NCBI GenBank assembly: GCA_000165345.1
Contig: CM000429.1
Location: 448,001-512,000 of the forward strand
Reading direction: 5' to 3'
Length of the DNA stretch: 64,000 bases
Shown: positions 10,429 through 20,379 of the stretch, piece by piece
Layout: every line of letters begins with the position of its first letter
Numbering within the stretch: position 1 is the stretch's first letter
Notes under the pieces: model-generated
What the model saw: only the letters and a program-made list of their open reading frames with translations
Told to the model about the DNA's origin: nothing
Databases searched by the model: none
Translations under genes and position numbers: made by a program

Positions 10429-11922
10429 ATGAATAGCTTTGATCTCTTTCTGACAGACTTCGGCGTTTATCCTTGGTACGAGTTGGGGATGAATGAATAC
10501 AGGGGAGGACGGACTTTTGAAGATTGGATAAAATCCAAAGAAAATAGTCAGAATTGTTTCAAAAACTTTATTGAAAGTACATTTCACAATAACTTTTCGG
10601 ATTATGATGAGTCTGCAAATATTCAGGACAAGTTATTGAAGAGAAATGAACACCTCAAGTTTGTAAGAAGGATGAGAAAAACTGAATATCCAGAAAGCAG
10701 TATTGAAGGCGAATCAACAAGAATATTAATGATCTATTGGAGCATACACTCAGAAGAATTACTAACAAATGATAGTAGTAGATTATTGCTAGATTCGGAA
10801 GATGCTACTAATAATGAAGCATTTAATTCCAAAGCTGAAGAGATTCAACTTTTTGAAGATTCTTTTGACATTATAGCGACAATATTAAAATTCCAAGACG
10901 AGTCTGGTGGATTTGGTGGAAATTTTAGTCATATGCCCAACTTAGTTTCTACCTATTTAGCGGTTTCATCAATCATCATAACAGGAGATACCGAAGCTTT
11001 ACTAAAGATAGATAGATTTAAAATGTATCAGTTCTTCAAGAAATTGAGAGATTTTGAAACGGGTGGTTTCAAAATTCAGTTGGATGGAGAAGTTGATGTC
11101 AGAGCATTTTATTGCGTATCGGCCGTGGCAAGCATGCTGCAAATTGTTACTGAAGAATTGTTTTACGGTATTGAGGATTATATTTTAAATTGTAGCGGGT
11201 TTGATGGAGGTTACTCAGGGGATTTTGGTGGCGAGTCGCATGGAGGTTATACATATTGTGTTGTTTCTGGGCTTTGCATTTTAGGAAAGTCATCAATAAT
11301 AGATATAGACTCATTGCTATATTGGATAGTTCAGAGGCAATCTGGAATTGAAGGAGGTTTTCAGGGGAGAACAAATAAACTTGTTGATTCCTGTTATAGT
11401 TTTTGGTTTACAGGGTTATTATTTTGCATTGAAGAAATTTTGAGAATAAGGACATCTACAACAGAATCTTACATCCAAAGTTGTCTCTGTGATTTCCAAG
11501 CATTGGCATCATATATATTAATTTGTTGTCAACTTTCAGAAGGGGGATTAATTGACAAGCCAAAGAAACCAAGGGACTTGTACCATACTTGCTATGCATT
11601 AAGCGGGTTGTCACTTGCACAAAGGATGAACTCAATCTATAGAATATCTAATAAACAAAGTCCGCCTCCTTTTTTTGAATGTCAAGTTTTTGATGATAAA
11701 TATGTAGACAAATGCACCTCATACACCCCTTTTTACTCAATATCAATCAGCGAGGAGAACTCAATTAATACAACTGACCCATTTCTAAATATTAGGACTG
11801 ATAAAATACGAAAGTCTAGACTAATTCTAAATAGACATCCTTTAGTGCTCACAATAAATGGATGTATAGGAACAGAAGGAATTGGTTATAAAGAATACAT
11901 AGAAAATGCAAATGCCATATGA
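10429..11922 (+). CDS. Protein prenyltransferase beta subunit (farnesyltransferase or GGTase-I beta; alpha-alpha toroid prenyltransferase repeats)
   Basis: 497 aa. It has repeated prenyltransferase-beta motifs (GGFGGNFSHMPNLVSTYLAVSS.., ETGGFKIQLDGEVDVRAFYCVSA.., CSGFDGGYSGDFGGESHGGYTYC.., IEGGFQGRTNKLVDSCYSFW.., DKPKKPRDLYHTCYALSGLSLAQ). Confidence 0.75.
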   Translation: MNSFDLFLTDFGVYPWYELGMNEYRGGRTFEDWIKSKENSQNCFKNFIESTFHNNFSDYDESANIQDKLLKRNEHLKFVRRMRKTEYPESSIEGESTRILMIYWSIHSEELLTNDSSRLLLDSEDATNNEAFNSKAEEIQLFEDSFDIIATILKFQDESGGFGGNFSHMPNLVSTYLAVSSIIITGDTEALLKIDRFKMYQFFKKLRDFETGGFKIQLDGEVDVRAFYCVSAVASMLQIVTEELFYGIEDYILNCSGFDGGYSGDFGGESHGGYTYCVVSGLCILGKSSIIDIDSLLYWIVQRQSGIEGGFQGRTNKLVDSCYSFWFTGLLFCIEEILRIRTSTTESYIQSCLCDFQALASYILICCQLSEGGLIDKPKKPRDLYHTCYALSGLSLAQRMNSIYRISNKQSPPPFFECQVFDDKYVDKCTSYTPFYSISISEENSINTTDPFLNIRTDKIRKSRLILNRHPLVLTINGCIGTEGIGYKEYIENANAI

Positions 11923-12040
11923 GCTCTGCAAACTTTCATTCATTGCGCGACTAAGAATCAAAACTTCAAGTTAGATTTATAAAAACTAAACCGCTTTGCG
12001 GTAGCCAATTTAATAAATATTTAACTAGATAAATTAAATA

Positions 12041-13017
12041 ATGGCTTGTAGCAAATACGAGTATATTAAAACATACGAACAACCTAGTAGAATCGTAAAG
12101 AATTGTTGGTTCGTGGTTAGAATTGATGGCCACAGTTTTCACGAGTAAGTATAAGTCGTGTTTAAATTACAATAATTTCTTTAGGTTTACTAAAGATCAC
12201 GAGTTTCATAAACCAAATGACAAACGAGGACTAGACCTAATGAGTCGTTGCGCCGAAAATGTTATGAAGAACTTAGGTGACATTGTGATTTCATACGGTC
12301 AGTCGGATGAATTTAGGTAAGTTATTTGTAACGTTAAAATTTTCATTTTAATTTAAATGAAGCTTTGTTTTTAGGAGGAAAACAGATTTATGGAGTAGAA
12401 AAAATGATAAGATATTAACTCATGTCGTATCTTTGTTCACGTCTTCGTTTATTTTTTTTTGGGATAGTTTTTTTCCAGGAAAAAAGCTCTTGTACCCTCC
12501 AACTTTTGATGGAAGAATAATTATGTATCCGACTGATGAAGACATTAGAACATATCTTTCATGGAGACAAGCTGATTGCCACATAAATAATCTCTATAAT
12601 ACATGCTTTTGGTCTCTAGTGTCTATCAATAAATTGAATGAGAGAGAAGCAACGGAAAAGCTTAAATTTACAGATTCGTCCTACAAAAATGAACTACTAT
12701 TTAAGGAATTTGGAATAAATTACAACAATATTTCTCCACAATTTAGGAAAGGAACAACGATTTATAAGGCTAGGCCGAAAGAAAAGAAATCTAGGGATGA
12801 ATATTTATTGTTAAAAAATAATGATATTTTATTATTTGACAAGTGTAAAGAAGCGACAATTGAAACTGATCACAGAGATTATACTGAATTAGATAAACCG
12901 TTAAATCCAATATGGAAAATAGACGATGAAATGGTTATTATTAGCTGTATTTATAAGTGCCATTGTGACATAATTCAAGATAAATTTTGGCATGAAAATG
13001 ATCATCTTTTAAAATAG
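12041..13017 (+). CDS. THG1: tRNA-His guanylyltransferase (Thg1). Three exons: 12041..12144, 12185..12316, 12375..13017. Introns: 40 nt (12145..12184) and 58 nt (12317..12374).
   Basis: The spliced product MACSKYEYIKTYEQPSRIVKNCWFVVRIDGHSFHEFTKDHEFHKPNDKRGLDLM...ISYGQSDEFRRKTDLW...LLYPPTFDGRIIMYPTDEDIRTYLSWRQADCHINNLYNTCFW is colinear with Thg1 (RIDGRNFHKFS..FEKPND..YGDSDEYSF...PNFDGRVVLYP...YLSWRQ.DCHINNLYNTCFW). Both donors are GTAAGT, and the phases are consistent (2 and 2). Confidence 0.8.
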
Positions 13018-13234
13018 CAGTAGAAAAAAAAAGCTAATTACCATACCGCTAGCGCCTTAAGAAAACGTTCTAGTCTTTATTTGCTTTTTTTTAGAATTTA
13101 TACAGGTATTAAAAAATATCTTTATGAGATAATTCAAACAACGTTATGGATACCTTCTATACTCAAACCACGAATATTTATAGTTTTAATACTTGCTAAG
13201 ATATATACATCTTGTTTTGCTTTAAAGTTTCACT

Positions 13235-15328
13235 ATGAATCTCTTGAATGGGAAAAAAAAGGATGGTTCAAATGATCATGGAAGTACTATTGAGTATGAT
13301 AAATTAATAAATAATGTTTCTAACATAGTTTCTGAATCTCAATACTACAGAAAGGGCAATATGGGCAACTCGAACAGTTTTAATAATGAATTTACGAGCT
13401 CTAATTTTAATGAGAGTTCTGAATCTTCTGGTAAGGTTTGGAGCAAAGAAAAGATAAATATGAAAGCTACTATTGGCAACTTAATGGAGAACTTATCTGG
13501 GTCTGTTAAAACCAGGGAGGCTATTAACCAAATAAAGATGCTAGATACCAAACATAAAACTAAGAGTGAGATGACAGAATTTCTTCCACCTAATAAACTG
13601 TATAAATTAGAAAGAAAAACACAATATGATTTAACACAAAAAGAAATGAAACACTGGGGAGCAACTATTGAGCGGATAAATCGACAGGAAATCATTTCTT
13701 ATGGAGAACCTGAAAAGATGGATATTGTTTCAACTGGACAATTAGCAACTAATTACCAGCCTTTGGATGAATTTGAGCAAGAGTTTGATAACATATTAAA
13801 AGAGATGAATAGAGATGACCCAAAAAATGCTGAGATATTGGGACACTGTGATATTTCTCCCTGCAGTAAAATCAAAGATCAATCAGAAAAAAGTTTCATG
13901 AAAAAACTTAAATTCATTTTATTTCAACAGCAGAGAGAAAACAAAAGGTTAAAGAAGATTAAATCAAAGACTTGGAGAAAGAACCGTAGAAAACAAATGC
14001 AAATTGAGGAAGAAAAGTTGCTAAGTTTAGGAGAGGTTGAATATCCAGAATTAGTTAAAAAGATCAGGGAAAGGTATGAAGAGAAGAGAGCCAAGATAAG
14101 ATTAATGAGAAGACAAACTGCAAGGCAAAAATGGGCTAAGATGGCATTAAGATTTGGCGGAAATGAGTTACAAAAGAATATTTCGGATCAAGCTCAAAAA
14201 CAACATGAAGAAAAAAAAAGAATTGAGCAAATAATTCAAAATGTTTCAAAAAATCTTGATGAAGGAAGTGAACTCAGTGACTCCGATAATGAAACAGAAT
14301 CAAATTCACACTTCATTGAAAAATCTCGGAAAAATATTAATGAATTAAGGAATTCATCCAACAGCCTATTTGATTTGAAATTTATTCAGCGTGGTATTGA
14401 ATATAATAACGATCTATTAGACCTTGAATTAAACCAACTTGATCAAGAAAATGTTCAAGACAAAATTTTGATTAATAAACCGGAAGGGCATTTATCTAAC
14501 AATGTTTCAGATGGAATTATTCAGTTATCTAGACCTTCAGTAAATGAAGTAATGGAAACGAAGAATCAGATTCAAAGAGTTTCGAATTATAATCAAGATA
14601 TTATTGGGATTAATTTCAAAGATAACAACTTGAATAATCAGCTTGCATCAAATATGAACGATTCAAATGGTCTGAAATCTAAAATGAATGAAAAGAATTT
14701 AGATTCGATGACAAAAAATGTTGAAAAAAAGAGGAAAATATATTTGAATATTGAAGATGAACTTGAGAGAATGGCTAATATAGATATTGTAGAAAATCAA
14801 GAATATGCTCAAGCAAATAGTGAGTTATTAAAACATATTTTTATTGAAGGGAGCCCCGATCACATACCTAATAGCGTTGATATTGATAATTCATCCGAGC
14901 CAAAGAATACTATTAGATCTTCGAATAATAAGTCGGTACCTGGTTGGGGTAATTGGTGTTCATCCGTATCTAGAATTATGGACTTAAATATTCGAGAAAA
15001 AGAAGATTCGTCAGGGAAAGTAAAAAAATTAATTAATTCTAACAGATCAATTGATAAAAAAGTGAAAAAATATTGTGTTAATCAGGTACCTCATCCTTAT
15101 ACCTCAAGCGATTTATATGAAAGTACCTTTGGGCATCCAATCGGGCCTGAATGGAACACTACCGCGATACATAACAAACTTATCCAGCCAAAGATACAAA
15201 CAAGAATTGGAGCAGTAATTAAGCCTCTAGTATATTCAAAGCATCTAAAGAATATTCAAATTTCAGATTCCTTTTTAGAAAAATGGAACTTAACAAAAAA
15301 ATGTAATAGAGCCAAGGCAAGGTTTTAA
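13235..15328 (+). CDS. UTP14: U3 snoRNP / SSU-processome protein Utp14
   Basis: 697 aa, lysine-rich. The central segment KSKTWRKNRRKQMQIEEEKLL...IRLMRRQTARQKWAKMALRFGGNE resembles the conserved Utp14 block (KSKKYRR..KKEK....NSKWAKSMLKRG). Confidence 0.6.
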   Translation: MNLLNGKKKDGSNDHGSTIEYDKLINNVSNIVSESQYYRKGNMGNSNSFNNEFTSSNFNESSESSGKVWSKEKINMKATIGNLMENLSGSVKTREAINQIKMLDTKHKTKSEMTEFLPPNKLYKLERKTQYDLTQKEMKHWGATIERINRQEIISYGEPEKMDIVSTGQLATNYQPLDEFEQEFDNILKEMNRDDPKNAEILGHCDISPCSKIKDQSEKSFMKKLKFILFQQQRENKRLKKIKSKTWRKNRRKQMQIEEEKLLSLGEVEYPELVKKIRERYEEKRAKIRLMRRQTARQKWAKMALRFGGNELQKNISDQAQKQHEEKKRIEQIIQNVSKNLDEGSELSDSDNETESNSHFIEKSRKNINELRNSSNSLFDLKFIQRGIEYNNDLLDLELNQLDQENVQDKILINKPEGHLSNNVSDGIIQLSRPSVNEVMETKNQIQRVSNYNQDIIGINFKDNNLNNQLASNMNDSNGLKSKMNEKNLDSMTKNVEKKRKIYLNIEDELERMANIDIVENQEYAQANSELLKHIFIEGSPDHIPNSVDIDNSSEPKNTIRSSNNKSVPGWGNWCSSVSRIMDLNIREKEDSSGKVKKLINSNRSIDKKVKKYCVNQVPHPYTSSDLYESTFGHPIGPEWNTTAIHNKLIQPKIQTRIGAVIKPLVYSKHLKNIQISDSFLEKWNLTKKCNRAKARF

Positions 15329-15384
15329 TATATGAATTGAGATTTACTTAAAGCCTATTTCTACTTATACTAATAATTTTCAGT

Positions 15385-17283
15385 TTATACATCGTATTTA
15401 CTACTATCTTCAAGTGAAAAAAAGCCTTTTGAGGTAGTTTTAGTATTTTTTTCCTGGCTTTCTTTTATAATATTGAGGTTTGTTTTGAAATCTTTCATTT
15501 CTTGTAAGTCGTTTAGAACCGCCCTAAGAAGTTTTTCTCTATCATCTTTCAATTGCTGAACTCTTTGGTCTTGAGTCTTCTTCAATTCTTCGAGGGTTTT
15601 TCTAATATTACCATACGTACTTTGATCAATTTCAAGTTCATTCAGAGAGCCCTTCGTAATGGGTGAAGAGGGATATTCATTAAAATTATCGCTTAGGGGT
15701 GTAGCGGAATAATTATTCACTGTTTGGTCCTTTGCTGGCTCAACTATACTCTTGGAGTGGGATGAAGGACTCACCAAGTTTTTAATACTAGGCTCATTTA
15801 TTGGAAAAGAATTGTAGTTGGAGATTCTGGTTGGTTCTTCGCATTCTATCTGATTTTGTATTATTGAATTATTCTCAAGGCTTTGAGAGTCATAGCTTAT
15901 ATTATTACTTCCATGAAACATTGAATTTTTCATTTTACTCGAGTTGAACATTTCAACACTAGAAATAAATGAGTCATTTGGGGTTTGAACTTTATTATGA
16001 GATGACAAAATGTTTGAAGAGTAGGTATTTGGATAAACCATAGGGTTCGAAAGGCTATTCAAAACTGAATCACGAGGATTTAAATCATATCTGCGATTAG
16101 AAACATTGTAGGAAAGCCCAAGAGGAAATGAATTTGCATGACTATTTAATCCAGGATTGATTGTAACTGAATCTAAGGAGCGAATTCGTGCAGCAGGGTC
16201 GTATCTAACTCCATTATTAGATGTTTGATAGAAGCTGCTGTTTGAATGATGACTATTCGATGTATTCCTGTTTATTTCAGGTACAGGATACTTAATTAGG
16301 TGTTCTGATTGTGGTCTACTGTGTTTAATTACAATATTTGGATCGCTCTTTTGGTTATTTAATAGTTGGCTTCTATTATATGTGTTAGTAAAACTAGCTC
16401 TAGGCGTTTCTGATTGTCGAGAATATTCATTGTACTGAAGATGGTTAATATTACTGTAAATTTGCGGATATGCGTTTATATTTTGATTATGAATATTTAA
16501 ATCATTAGAAAAGTTTGAGCTAGATGGCCTAGATAGTTTGTAGGTAGAGGGCGATTGAGCTTCAGATACATTTCGACGAAAATTACTATTATTGGTATTG
16601 CCTTTGTAATTTCCTAGTATATTATCGTCAAAGTGTAAACTATCCTCCATGAATTGATTCATATCATCTCCATTAATATTTCGGAACTGCTCAGTTTCCT
16701 GACTGATCTTCGTTTGATGATTATTACTTAATGACTCGAGCAGCTTGCTTGAAACATCAGACAGAGAATTTTTTGCGTTGTGCAACTCTTTTTGTGTTTC
16801 ATCCCATCTTTTCTGGAATGTATCATTTAATTCAACTATGTGCAATTTTAATTTGTTGATTTCTTCTTGTTGTTTTGGACAATGGCTGCATGGAGAATTT
16901 GCGCCCTTGACACTGTTATGGAATAAATTAATTCCTTCTCCTCGCTCTAAAAAACTTATTTTTTTTTCTAAGCTTCTCACAACTCCTCGTGCCTTCTGTA
17001 ATTCAGTCATAAGGTCTACATTTCTTCTTAATGTTTCTTTTAATCTCTGGGCTGTTTCTATTTGTTTTAGCCTTAATATGTGTAATTCTGATACCTCTTT
17101 CAGATCTTTACCAGTTTTATCGAATACAAACCCATTAATTGGTTTAAAGTGGTTTCCTGTGCTTGCACTTTTTAATTGTATTCCTCTTGAAATCGACAAA
17201 TCTTTCTCTGCCTCTCTGATTTTTAAAGACAAATCGGAGATCTTCGAACTTTTACCAATGTTTTTTTGGCAGTTCTCTGGCAT
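15385..17283 (-). CDS. Hypothetical protein: N-terminal coiled-coil then a long S/N-rich low-complexity region
   Basis: 632-aa ORF. The N-terminal ~190 aa has heptad-like periodicity (..LKQIETAQRLKETLRRNVDLMTELQKARGVVRSLEKKISFLER..). The remainder is N/S/P-rich. No recognisable catalytic motif. Confidence 0.4.
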   Translation of the reverse strand: MPENCQKNIGKSSKISDLSLKIREAEKDLSISRGIQLKSASTGNHFKPINGFVFDKTGKDLKEVSELHILRLKQIETAQRLKETLRRNVDLMTELQKARGVVRSLEKKISFLERGEGINLFHNSVKGANSPCSHCPKQQEEINKLKLHIVELNDTFQKRWDETQKELHNAKNSLSDVSSKLLESLSNNHQTKISQETEQFRNINGDDMNQFMEDSLHFDDNILGNYKGNTNNSNFRRNVSEAQSPSTYKLSRPSSSNFSNDLNIHNQNINAYPQIYSNINHLQYNEYSRQSETPRASFTNTYNRSQLLNNQKSDPNIVIKHSRPQSEHLIKYPVPEINRNTSNSHHSNSSFYQTSNNGVRYDPAARIRSLDSVTINPGLNSHANSFPLGLSYNVSNRRYDLNPRDSVLNSLSNPMVYPNTYSSNILSSHNKVQTPNDSFISSVEMFNSSKMKNSMFHGSNNISYDSQSLENNSIIQNQIECEEPTRISNYNSFPINEPSIKNLVSPSSHSKSIVEPAKDQTVNNYSATPLSDNFNEYPSSPITKGSLNELEIDQSTYGNIRKTLEELKKTQDQRVQQLKDDREKLLRAVLNDLQEMKDFKTNLNIIKESQEKNTKTTSKGFFSLEDSSKYDV

Positions 17284-17672
17284 CTCTCACTGTTTAAAAA
17301 ATCATAAATATAATAAAAGATTATGTTCATACATATATCTTCCAAATAGCTTATATAAGTATAAATAAGTATTTACACTTATATTTTTTCTTTTGCAAAT
17401 TGTTGAATGCTTTGCAAAATATACAGTTTACATTTTCAATTGCTTGTGGGGAAACAAAATTCCTATCTAATTTTTGAATGCAATCCCGCTTATATAACGT
17501 TAATTTTTTTTTAAAGTCAAAATCAATAATAATTAATGAGTAATTTTTAAGCAATGAATATTCTTGAGCTATTAAATTGTCGTTTTAATCTTAGAAGTTG
17601 TTCCTTTAACATTTATTATTTAGTTTACTTGCTGAAATCTAAGGATTAGTAAGTTTGAATGGTTCCAATTCT

Positions 17673-18293
17673 TTACTTGCTATTTTTAGCTACTGAGTAG
17701 TATATTACATATGCGCTAATGACTGAAAGCGTAGTTGCAACCATCAAAAAAGTAATTGTAAATGTAGTTGCCATTGAATAATCTTCTTCAATCTTTTTTA
17801 ATTTAAACTCTTGCATTGAGCTTACGTTTTGTACAGTTGGAGAATTCCTCAACAATATATTCGATGCAATGTGAGCTTCTCCTCCCAGCTTATCTTCTCG
17901 GCATTGCATTAAAAATTGGAGAATATTTCCTCGATTTACAATTCTATTTGTCCTATCATTTTTTGGGAATTCGAACAGTATTCCAGTAAGTCCTGTTAAA
18001 TGCTCATATTCAAGTATTCGAATGAAAATTGGTGGCTGCGGTGGAGGGATTCCTCTATTAATACATAAAGTTAGTATTTCTCTAAAGAGCTTTTGATCTG
18101 TAACATCTTCAAAAAGAGGTGCCCATAAGGATATTTTTAGCCTAACAAATATCCCAATAGTCCAAGAATTTGTTATGAACGGAGAATTCTCAAACGAAGG
18201 ATAAAGATGTATTTGGTTTGGCCCAATTAACGAACTTAAATTCAACACAATCTTTGATAATATTAACGCAATAAATAACTTTATCATTTTCAT
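17673..18293 (-). CDS. Hypothetical type I membrane protein (cleavable signal peptide plus C-terminal TM anchor)
   Basis: 206 aa. N-terminal MKMIKLFIALILSKIVLNLSSL (signal-like). C-terminal TFTITFLMVATTLSVISAYVIYY hydrophobic anchor with a short tail. Family not assigned. Confidence 0.4.
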   Translation of the reverse strand: MKMIKLFIALILSKIVLNLSSLIGPNQIHLYPSFENSPFITNSWTIGIFVRLKISLWAPLFEDVTDQKLFREILTLCINRGIPPPQPPIFIRILEYEHLTGLTGILFEFPKNDRTNRIVNRGNILQFLMQCREDKLGGEAHIASNILLRNSPTVQNVSSMQEFKLKKIEEDYSMATTFTITFLMVATTLSVISAYVIYYSVAKNSK

Positions 18294-18574
18294 CAGGAAA
18301 GATAGTCATAGCTAACTTCATTCCTAATAATAATAATAAATATTCTATATTTCTAATCATTAATTTTTCTTAGTTTCTAACTATGTTCGAAAACGCGTAT
18401 AACGAATCTTGAGATTATAACAAAAAAATTCGGTTTTTTTTTTAAATGAAATTTGTTATAAAATTACCTAATTCCAAAACTAGAACAAAACCAACCAAAG
18501 AAGTATTCGTGATATTTTAAAATGATTAAATAACAATCTAACCAATTAATTTTTTTTTAATAAAGAATATATGA

Positions 18575-20131
18575 TTAATAATTTATTATTAATACAAATA
18601 GTCTCAAATTCATATAGATTAGACTTGCAGAAATTAATATAATAAGTATTCCGACTATTATTGAAGAAAGTTTATATTTTCTAACATAATAGTCAATAAT
18701 ATTTTTACCAATAAGGGTACAAATAACTGAAATAAAAAGTAGTAAAATAGCCAAATCAAAGTGAACTCTCCCTTCAAATAGGTATGTAAAAAAGCATGTC
18801 AAAGTTGATATGATCAAACAAGTGGAGTTATTTGCAGCAATTGAAGAAGGATCGACTTGAGAGGAATAGAAAATCGTACTTATCAGAATCCCCCCGCTTG
18901 CACCTGTAATTCCACCTATTAGTCCGACTGAGAGTACCTCCAAGCTTGCCAAAATATAGTTTGAAAAATTATTACAATATTTAGACCGAATATAAGACAC
19001 TATATCGATTGCGTTATAATCTTGGTTTGCCACATTACTGTGGAAAGTCTTTGCGATTTTTGCAAGCCTTTCTTGTGAATTAATTATTGAAGTTATCAAA
19101 TTCAAAGATCGTTTTGGAAGCGAAATGTTTGGGAATAGCAACAGTATAATCACGCTGGATAGCCACAATAGCAAATGAATACGAGATTCTTTTGAAAATA
19201 GTATGCCACTCTCTAAAATAGAGATCCAAACTGAGAAAAAGCAGAGCAAAATAAATGTAATCCACAGTTTGTAGTTTCTAAATTTTACCCATTTATCCTG
19301 ATGTAGTGGAGAAGCAATTTGAATAATGCTACTTTGCTCGTTAATGCTATTCATTACGATTTTCTCTACTCTAATAATAGATAAAGTATATAAATACAAA
19401 ATGACCTTTAAATTGTCTTTTATTTTTTCGCTATTTATCAATTGTTTTGTCTGAGAAATTGTGGGTGAAAGTAGTTCAGGTTCGCAATTTGGGTTTTTGT
19501 TAGTCTTTTTCTCAGACTCCCTTATTTTGTTAAACTTTGAAATTGATACTTTTAAAACATATAATAGTAAGGCATTTAAGACAAAGATTGATACTAAATT
19601 GGAAACATATCTCCCAACAAATACTCCACATAAACTTCCGAGTGTAAGAAGTGGAGCAATAAATAATACAATTTGAATATCAATCAACGGCGCCTTTTCT
19701 ACTGGCATAAACGAGAACGAGTATTCGTGGATTTGATTCTCAGTGACAGCCAGCTTGAGAAAAGTAGTTGCATCGTTATATTCCGGAACTGCCCGTTTAT
19801 ATTGTAATAAATTAGTTACCAATGCACAAATTACTCCTCCAAGTATAATTGCAGAAGAAAAAGTAACTGCCTGCGAAAATGGAACTCGCATAAGACCTAA
19901 AAAAATGGGCATTGAAATAATTCCACCTCCTCCACCAGCTGAGACAGCAATAGATGCAAAACATCCGACAATTAACAATGAAATGATATCCATTTGAGTC
20001 AAGTCACTAATAGATTTAATACGCTCATTTTGAAGCTTCGGACCGATAGCATCGCCTTCAGAAGCACAAAGCACCAAGAAAATAACTGTTATAAGACATA
20101 ACTTTCTCAAAATTACGATAATAGAACCCAT
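18575..20131 (-). CDS. TauE/SafE-family (sulfite exporter-like) multi-pass membrane transporter with an internal duplication
   Basis: 518 aa. Two repeats each carry the glycine-rich TM signature (..IAVSAGGGGGIISMPIFLGLM.. and ..LIGGITGASGGILISTIFYS..), typical of the PF01925 4-TM x 2 topology. Confidence 0.65.
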   Translation of the reverse strand: MGSIIVILRKLCLITVIFLVLCASEGDAIGPKLQNERIKSISDLTQMDIISLLIVGCFASIAVSAGGGGGIISMPIFLGLMRVPFSQAVTFSSAIILGGVICALVTNLLQYKRAVPEYNDATTFLKLAVTENQIHEYSFSFMPVEKAPLIDIQIVLFIAPLLTLGSLCGVFVGRYVSNLVSIFVLNALLLYVLKVSISKFNKIRESEKKTNKNPNCEPELLSPTISQTKQLINSEKIKDNLKVILYLYTLSIIRVEKIVMNSINEQSSIIQIASPLHQDKWVKFRNYKLWITFILLCFFSVWISILESGILFSKESRIHLLLWLSSVIILLLFPNISLPKRSLNLITSIINSQERLAKIAKTFHSNVANQDYNAIDIVSYIRSKYCNNFSNYILASLEVLSVGLIGGITGASGGILISTIFYSSQVDPSSIAANNSTCLIISTLTCFFTYLFEGRVHFDLAILLLFISVICTLIGKNIIDYYVRKYKLSSIIVGILIILISASLIYMNLRLFVLIINY

Positions 20132-20379
20132 ATTTTTTAAAATAATTCTACGAAATAATTACATTTGGTCAAAATTAATGGGACTGCGTTTAATAAGCTA
20201 ATACCTATTATTTTAGATGCGGCCAAAATAGAGCCAAAAATTTAGCGCAAAAAATATACAAGCAGATAGGTTAAAAAATTTATGGAAGTGCCCACAATAT
20301 CCAAGGTTGTAAATCAGTAATAATAAATTCACTTGCAACCAAATAGTTCTTAAGATATTTGCCCATATGAAATACAAAG

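Noticed and set aside
17351-17554. 67-aa minus-strand ORF (K-rich, ..KKKYKCKYLFILI)
   Set aside because: It lies in the AT-rich promoter region upstream of the 15385..17283 gene. There is no recognisable motif, and the basic composition is what AT-rich noise yields.
19743-19997. 84-aa plus-strand ORF with a PPPPP run (..IIPPPPPAETAID..)
   Set aside because: It lies antisense to the TauE/SafE gene, exactly opposite its GGGGG-encoding glycine-rich helix. It is a mirror-image artefact of the minus-strand CDS.
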